Shown in pieces: positions 56,901 to 64,000 of a stretch of 64,000 nucleotides of DNA (positions within the stretch are counted from its first letter, which is position 1; every line of letters begins with the position of its first letter). The notes below the pieces were generated by a model. That model had not been told where the DNA came from and ran no database searches. It saw nothing but the letters and a program-made list of their open reading frames with translations. This stretch comes from Yuukianura sp. NJ FZ-2021 (taxonomy: Eukaryota), in the NCBI GenBank assembly GCA_046563655.1, contig CM102283.1:5952001-6016000 (forward strand). The letters run 5' to 3'. The translations under genes and the position numbers were made by a program.

Positions 56901-59684
56901 AGATGCAGAAGCTATAATGCAGGTTGTCGTCGCTAGAACTTAGCGGAACTGGAGCATTTTGAAAGTTAATTTTGAATCTTTTGTTTCGCGCCTGTTCGAC
57001 TTTGAACTTTTGTGTGAGCGGGAAGAATTTGAACAATGAAAACGCTGGAAGTGAGCCTGTTGTTACTCAGTGCGGAAATGCCTTTTGTATCAAATTTTAA
57101 TCGGTTTAAACAATTTCCTTCCGGCCATGTGGAGCTCTTATTCCTTTTGTCCATTTTACCATAAGCTTCATGCCCCACTGCCTCCAAGTGGAAACTTACC
57201 CAATTCAGGACTCCTTCCAGAACAATCACAACACTTTTCCATCAATTCAAAAAACGAAAAAGTGACAGAAGGCATCCGCCCTCAGCTACAACTTCAGTCA
57301 AGACCTTTTATTTCATTTTTAAAACATCAATTTGTTCTACCAAAACAGAACAGTTAGTTCCTGGAACACACTTGATGCTAAAAAATTTTTTAAGTTTTTA
57401 AAAAACTTGTCTCAAAATGCTTCCGTTTTCTCAAAATTGGAATTATGCTGGGCATTGTTAGAAAGTCTTGTTTTGAAAATTTGAGTTTATACAAAAGAGA
57501 AACTCAAAACGCAATTTAGAACAACAAAGGAACTCTTCAAAGGAAAATGACTTTTTAAAAAAAAAGAACGATGATCATTTTCTTTTGAAAATTTTGAAAA
57601 GGGAAGCATATGGAAAGACTCCATAAGCTGATTCAAATTTCCCGCTCCCTCTCCTCCGGCTTTAGCTTATGCTTTTGATGGATTGGGGCAAGTTGAGACG
57701 AGAGACTGTTTTTGAAAGGTGTTAAAATGGTACCAGGCAGTGGGATTCGATCCTCCGCCTTCCTCCCTTTGAAGTGGCAAGTATGAAACTTTTGAAAAAG
57801 GAAAGTGACGGATTAAAAAGTCTGTTCAAACAGTGTCAACTAGGGAATATCACAGACATCACAGCAGCAACTAAGTCGCCACGACACTTCAAAGTCAAAA
57901 AAAAAGCTTTTCCTATTCAAAATTTCAAAATGGAGACTCAAAGGGGAAGATTATCCCTTCAAACACTGTTTCAAAAGAAAATAAAAACAAGTTCAAAAAA
58001 GAAGCCTCTTTTCACCAAAGACCAGAATCATTTTCCGAATATTTTAGTTCTCATGTTTCGATAGAGGATATTACTAGTAGTGCACAGCCAATACTGCAGT
58101 GTACTGTAACTATAGCAAGTACTGGCAGTATTGGCTAATGTGCTGATTTAAATTCCAATTTCTCAATTCCAACTTGACTTTTCTGGAGTTTGATTTAAGT
58201 ATTCGGATTTCCGGCCCTGGAGAATATCATTTCCAATTCAACCGAATCCGTCCTTCCTGGAATACGAAAAAAGGCTTTCACTTTTTTTTTGAAATTGGAT
58301 TCGATATGGCTCTTTTGAAAGTGGAATCAAAAAATACGAAGCACAATTTATTCAGGAAACGCTCAAAATCTACCACAGTCTCATGCTTGTTAACTGCTCA
58401 TACTTTACATTCTCTCAATTTGATTTGGTTTCAAATAAATTCAAATCTGTCGCGGAAATGAAACTAGCATAAAAACAAAAGCTTCAAGCAAACATAACAA
58501 ATACATCCTAACCTAACTTTTAAAAAAATATTTCAAAAACAAAAACTTTTTTCAAAAACATCAGGTTTAGCTAAGAAATTCATTTTTTAGCTATTAGTTG
58601 TTCAAATCTCGCGGGAACCGACGATCGGTCGAGTCAAGTACAAAAGCGTGGGAGAGAAATTGACGTGTCACGTGACCGTATGGGGTCAAAGACCTTTGGA
58701 CCACGAGCGCTTCTCGCTCATGCGCATGACTCCGCAGACTCGTGCTTGGGCTGTCGTGTGCTGTGTGGCATTTGAGTAATTGCGTTGTTTTGTCGTGTCG
58801 TATGGCGTGTGAGGGCCCTTGTTGAGGATTAGCGATGATGACGAGATAGAAATCGTCCCTTCCCGCCCTAAACCGCTTCATTCCCTGTGTTCTCTCGAGC
58901 GGAACTGTTTGGACGTAGTGTTTTGGGTAAGTTTTTAGTTCTTTTCAAAAAGTCCCGCCACAATCAGGAACTGCCTTGTGACAAAGTGGCGGATGTTCCT
59001 TTCAAAGGAAACGTTATTGCATACAAATGGACTCATTGCGTGTCCATAACGTTGTTGTTGATCAACCTAATGAGAGTTTAGCTCAACTTAACTGCCCAAT
59101 TCTACTTCAAACCAATTAAGCTTCAACATGTATGCTTCGTGTGGACAGTCCTGGACATACCTACGACCTAACTTCCGCTGAGAAGAAAGCTTAAGTGATT
59201 CATCACCAGATTTGTTGACTTAACTTTTACCTATTCAGTGCAAAAATCGAGATAGAATCGTGGGAAAATCGTTCAAAAGAAGGCAGTAAGTCAAAAAAGT
59301 CAACAATTTTTTGTTGCTGTGAATTTCGAAATTGTCTAATTCTGACGAATCCTTGAAATAACATAAACTGTCGAATTCTGACGAATCCTTGGAAGATTTA
59401 GATCAGATCAAATCATAACTGTTTGAAAAAACAATTTTTTCAAAATTTACCGCCAAATTTGCCCCTCACGTTAAAGAATAAGTTATTCCTGGAAAAAATT
59501 AGGTGCGTCAATGGAGGACGGAAGGCGGAGACCAGCCGATCGACGACTACAGCTAAAAGTTGACTCGGTTGACTTGGAATTCGGAAGTAGAAAAAAGAAG
59601 GATGTTGGTGTTCGGAGGTCGTTTAAGTTTGTCTTTGACGATCTGTTTAAGTGTGTTTAGGTTAGGTTTTAAGATCTGTTTAGA

Positions 59685-59860
59685 GGAGGAACCAATTAGG
59701 AACGATCTTCTGGTTGCCCCCCTCCAGTTGCCACCAACCAAAGCAACGGAAGGTGGGGCAGGGGGCGGAACTATCCAAAACCACTTCAGAGTACTTTCCC
59801 CCTCCAAGTCATCTGCAGTTACTCCCTCCACTTTAGTCACTTCAGTGTCTCAGCCACTGC
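59685..59860 (+). promoter_or_regulatory. Putative BarH core promoter
   Basis: CCAAT at 59691, GC box ggggcgg ~59762, initiator-like ttcagt ~59841, ~430 nt upstream of the ATG. Confidence 0.35.
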
Positions 59861-60275
59861 TCCACTGGCAACAAGTGTAAACACTTTACTTTAACAATTA
59901 ACACCATCTCAAACTCAATTAACCAATCACACTTAGGCTCAGGAGTTGGCAGTGCTAAAGAGGCTAACAAAAGTATTAAAGAGGCTACTTTAGTAGCAAA
60001 GTGCTTTTCACAAAGTTCAGTATTCAAAGTTAGTCAGTTAAAACCTAGTTAAAAAAGTTAAGCAAAGTATAACAGTGTATTTCAAAGAAAAATTCAGTTA
60101 TATCGACTTCGCAGTTTCAACAAAAGTTGCTATTGTGAAATTTATGAAAATCTGAGCAACATTTTTTCTCTTTTTGAATTTTTGAACAATTTGGACTTTC
60201 CCGCCAGGAACCTAAAGTGACCAAGCTGATTGCTATAAATGCTACTGCAGCAACCGTTGTCAGTAGTGAAGAACT

Positions 60276-63200
60276 ATGACTGTGAATGGAAGTTTTGAAA
60301 GTTCCGGTGAATTGCCTCCCTCTCCCTTGTCGTCAATTTCCTCCGCGACCTCTGACCTGTCCGTCTCCGACGAAATTCCGGCTCTCCCCGCACGGCTTCA
60401 AGGTACAATTTTTGTCCCAGATTTAGGCACACCTCAGCATTCTTTTTCTGGCGGAGCCTCTGTCCCACCCGGTGGAGCCGGAGTGATGTCTCTTCTGGAC
60501 CACCATGGTCCAGCCACCACGAATGGACCCACCAATAACAACAGTGTCACTACGAACAGTTCAATGAAGAGAGCACGATTCCTCATCAACGACATTTTGT
60601 CTTCGGCTGCCGGAGAGAAGGAAGATGGACACCGATTCGGTGGGAACAATAACCGAACGCAGCTCCACCACCACCCCCTGCTCCATTCGCAGTTCCACCT
60701 CTTGTCCCACCATCACCTTACCCCCAACGTACCTCTTGGAGGTGACCTTGTACCGAAAGATCTTAGTTTCCATAGAAACAGTACTTGTGCGGGTGCTGGA
60801 GATTCGTCGGACTACGATGAAGCCGAATCAATCAAAGGTACAAGAAATACACCGTATCTTTCTAATCGATTTAAAAAAAATCTATCAGTAAAAGTGGTGG
60901 TGAGAAAAGAGGTGAGGAAAAGTATAGTCAACACAATTTCAGCGACGCATGAAAACCTCAAAAACTGAAAATATCAAACGTTACAAACTATAATAGGTTC
61001 CTTAATTTCTCGACGCAATTAATTTTGACAGTATTACATTAAACCAGAATCTGACTAATACCGTTTTCCCAAATTATTGGTTTTGGCAATTTCAAATTTT
61101 GAGTTATTTAAAAAAGTCAGACTTTTTTTCACGTTATAATTAATTATAACTACTTTATTTGTAAATGCACGTAAGGATGTTAGTTTTAAGTGAAAAGTCA
61201 TGTGTTAGGTTAGTTTTTTGTTTAATTGAACAATGGAAATGCAGGTGAAATTGAAAGAACGTGTTTTGATGAGAGAGGGGGATGAAGGGGGTGATTTTCC
61301 AGGCCGTGGAGCGAGGGCTACATAATTGAAGTGCCACTTCCGGTTGTGTCAGTTCACCTGGTCCCTTGACTTTTGATTTCACGATACCCCACTAAACCTC
61401 TGATACGCACATGACCACCACTTTTAGAAGTAACATGAACATCAGTTCCAGTCACATCACTGGTCACTAAACTCCGAATTATTGATGACACCACATACCC
61501 CATTCTATACAAAAACCTATTCTTCTTTCGTCATTCTGCAACTTTTATGAGCACTACTACATCGATTCATGTCGATTCTGTTGAAAGCTGCTGTCTCCCT
61601 TCCAGAACTTTTTGTGTCCATTGTTCATGGACAACAACGTTAAATGTGGAACGTTAGCCTCAATCAGTGCCTCGCTGTCATGAGTCACAGTTTCATTTCA
61701 ATTTATTCCTTTAGTCCTTTGAGCTATGAGGAACAAATTGGAGTTGGAACACGCCAGACTTAAATATTTAATTGACTCAATATGCTCAGAACGTTGAAAA
61801 TTGACTAAAGTCAAGTAGGGTTTGGATTGACCAATTACAAATGTCCTCTGATTGGTCAATTTCATGACAGAAAGAAAAGTTTGAGAAATCTTTAATTTAA
61901 ATGGCAATTTGTTATTTCGAAATCAGAAAATCCAATTTGGAATTGACTTGTCCTTCATATTTTTCTTTTCATTTTTTTTAAAGTTTTTTTTTCTTGTGTG
62001 TGCAAAATTGCAGAAAAATGAGCAAAGGTTATGCTTTGTTGGAGTTTAAAAAAATTGGTGGCAATTTTCCATTGTTCCAATTTGTTTCCGTCTTCCCACG
62101 CGTGTCTTCTTTTAAAAGTTCGCACGGATTTCCTTACATGAAACGAAATATGACAACGAAAAACAAGTTGAAATTAAATCCGGCAAATTTAAAAAAAAAA
62201 AGTAAGGCTTCAGGTTGAAGAAAAAAATATTTACATCAATTTGATTCCATTTGGTGAATCATGTAACCATTTTACATAAAAATTTTACATGAATCATCGA
62301 ATACATTAAATTATTCATTGCATGCTTTTGTAAATTATTTAAACAAAACTTCGTAAAATTAAGAAACAGTATTGAATTAGTCACAAAATTTTTTTTAAAT
62401 AAGCGCAGTTGTCTAAAATATTGTTTTCTTTAAATTCGTTGCAAATTTTTCTAAAATTTAGCTTTTCAAGTTAAATAGCTTCCAAATTGAATTTGCACAA
62501 GTACTATATTATTCTCACATATTTTAGTGAAGGTAGTGTTAATTAATTTTTGTAATTAGCCATTTACAACGCAAACGTTTCCGTTGAAGGACACTTTGGT
62601 TTCTCACCAGAGAAGTTTAATCGCGTGGGAACATTTAAATGTGTACGTCAACCGCCAGAATCTGCTTTTCTACTCCTGAAAATGTTTCAATTCCCTTAGT
62701 TTGCACTTTAAAATAAATCCTAATCTGAAGCTGAAAAATGGAATTTAAACCTTTTCCCATCGTTTACTCAAAATAACAAGACTTGATGAAGACATTGCCT
62801 ATTTACGACTCCATAAATCAGACAGATTCACAAGCCTACTTAGTAACTAAAGATAATTTTGATAACTTTGAAACTGGAATTCTGAGCATCTTTTGTATTT
62901 GAATTGCAGGAAGTGGGAAGGGGGATGACGATGACGATGAGAGTGAAGGGGGTGGATCATCCCCGCGGGGTCAATCGGGTCATCACCCGGGTAACAACAC
63001 TTCGCCCAACCACCACCACCAATCAGGGCTCAGCAAGAAACAGCGCAAAGCCAGAACTGCATTCACTGACCACCAACTTCAGACGCTCGAAAAGTCATTT
63101 GAACGCCAAAAGTACCTCTCAGTTCAAGATAGGTCAGCAGAAAATTTTGAAAAATTTTCAAGTCATTTGTTTTTGGATTTTGATTTTTCAGGAAATTAGA

Positions 63201-63562
63201 AAGTTCATCTTCAATTTCATGAAAAAAAAATTGTTGAATTTGTTTTTTTTTTCTTGAATTTTAAGAACTCCAACATTGTTTTGGATTTTGTTCCAAATTA
63301 TGCGAGAGATAAAGCGAGAGTGTTTGAATTTTTAAATTTTGGGCGATTTGAATTTGGCGAATTATTTGTGTTGAAAAGGGAAGTTAATGCATATGGTGAA
63401 AATGGCGTGAAATCCAGCGTTTTCCAGTAAATTTTAGGTTAGGTTTCCAGGAACTATTAGCGTAAGTAATTAACCTTTGGCTTTTGATTACTACAGAATG
63501 GAGTTGGCGGCAAAACTGAATTTAACTGACACCCAAGTTAAGACTTGGTATCAAAACCGGCG
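60276..63562 (+). CDS. BarH: BarH-class homeobox transcription factor (B-H1/B-H2; BARHL); 3' exon(s) beyond window
   Basis: Exons 60276-60837 (eh1/FIL motif RFLINDIL), 62910-63132, 63497-63562. Homeodomain [53 protein letters not shown] with the Bar-diagnostic WYQN. Confidence 0.97.
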
Positions 63563-64000
63563 GTAAGCACACAAAAATTTGAAATCTCCTTAATTACTTG
63601 TAATTAACCCATTCCACACACAATCTTAGCCACAATTACGTTGGTAAAGTAATTACAGCCCTCGCACCTTCTCATTTGTGCCAAATTCAAAACGTTAAGG
63701 ATGGAAATTTTTTGAAAATTATTCTTAATTATTTTGAGCATAGCCCAATTTCGTGTTTATCTCGAAGCGGGAAATTTGATTCTAATGGTTTCGTAATGGG
63801 GGTTTACCGTGTATGTGACAATTTTTCTCACCACCAGAGGACTCTATGCTCTTCAACTCCACAAAGATCGCATGCAAAGGAGTAATTGTTTAGTTAATTA
63901 ACCCATTACAAAGTGGAGGGACGTTGGGACATGAGTTTTTGCCCCACCATTGCATGTTAAAAGTTCCCGGGAAACAATGAAACGGAAACAATTTCTCTCT

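Noticed and set aside
57728-57760. tRNA-Leu 3'-end-like / LTR primer-binding-site-like sequence (tggtaccaggcagtgggattcgatcc)
   Set aside because: No tRNA 5' half, T-loop degenerate, and no LTR ending in CA or retroelement ORF adjacent
48415-60027. Numerous 60-110 aa ORFs in the intergenic region
   Set aside because: Low-complexity K/F/L-rich translations of AT-rich DNA, no domains, no coherent splice chains

Overview
Eukaryotic, gene-dense arthropod DNA with short (mostly ~60-130 nt) GT-AG introns. The intronless IR-like gene and compact introns suggest a springtail or other basal hexapod (inference only). Gene order: 3' part of a periaxin/AHNAK-type PDZ protein (+), FET-family RNA-binding protein cabeza/FUS (+), a giant acidic-repeat CBM14 chitin-binding protein (-), HMG-CoA lyase (-), a small orphan secreted protein (+), mitochondrial IF3 (-), TRAPPC5 (-), Ctr1 copper transporter (-), DENND1 (+), Rab GGTase beta (-), importin-11 (+), MRP1/ABCC (-), a Harbinger-like MITE, a divergent intronless ionotropic receptor (-), ~12 kb of non-coding DNA, and a BarH homeobox gene (+) running off the end. 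Most notable: (1) two introns of the chitin-binding gene are recognisably decayed copies of its own coding repeat (intronization); (2) a frame-essential 41-nt microexon with flanking hairpins and a poison acceptor in cabeza, resembling FUS exon-7 autoregulation; (3) a symmetric 291-nt Cys-rich candidate cassette exon in the Ctr1 cytosolic loop. All exon boundaries were inferred by eye from splice signals and frame; none is transcript-validated.
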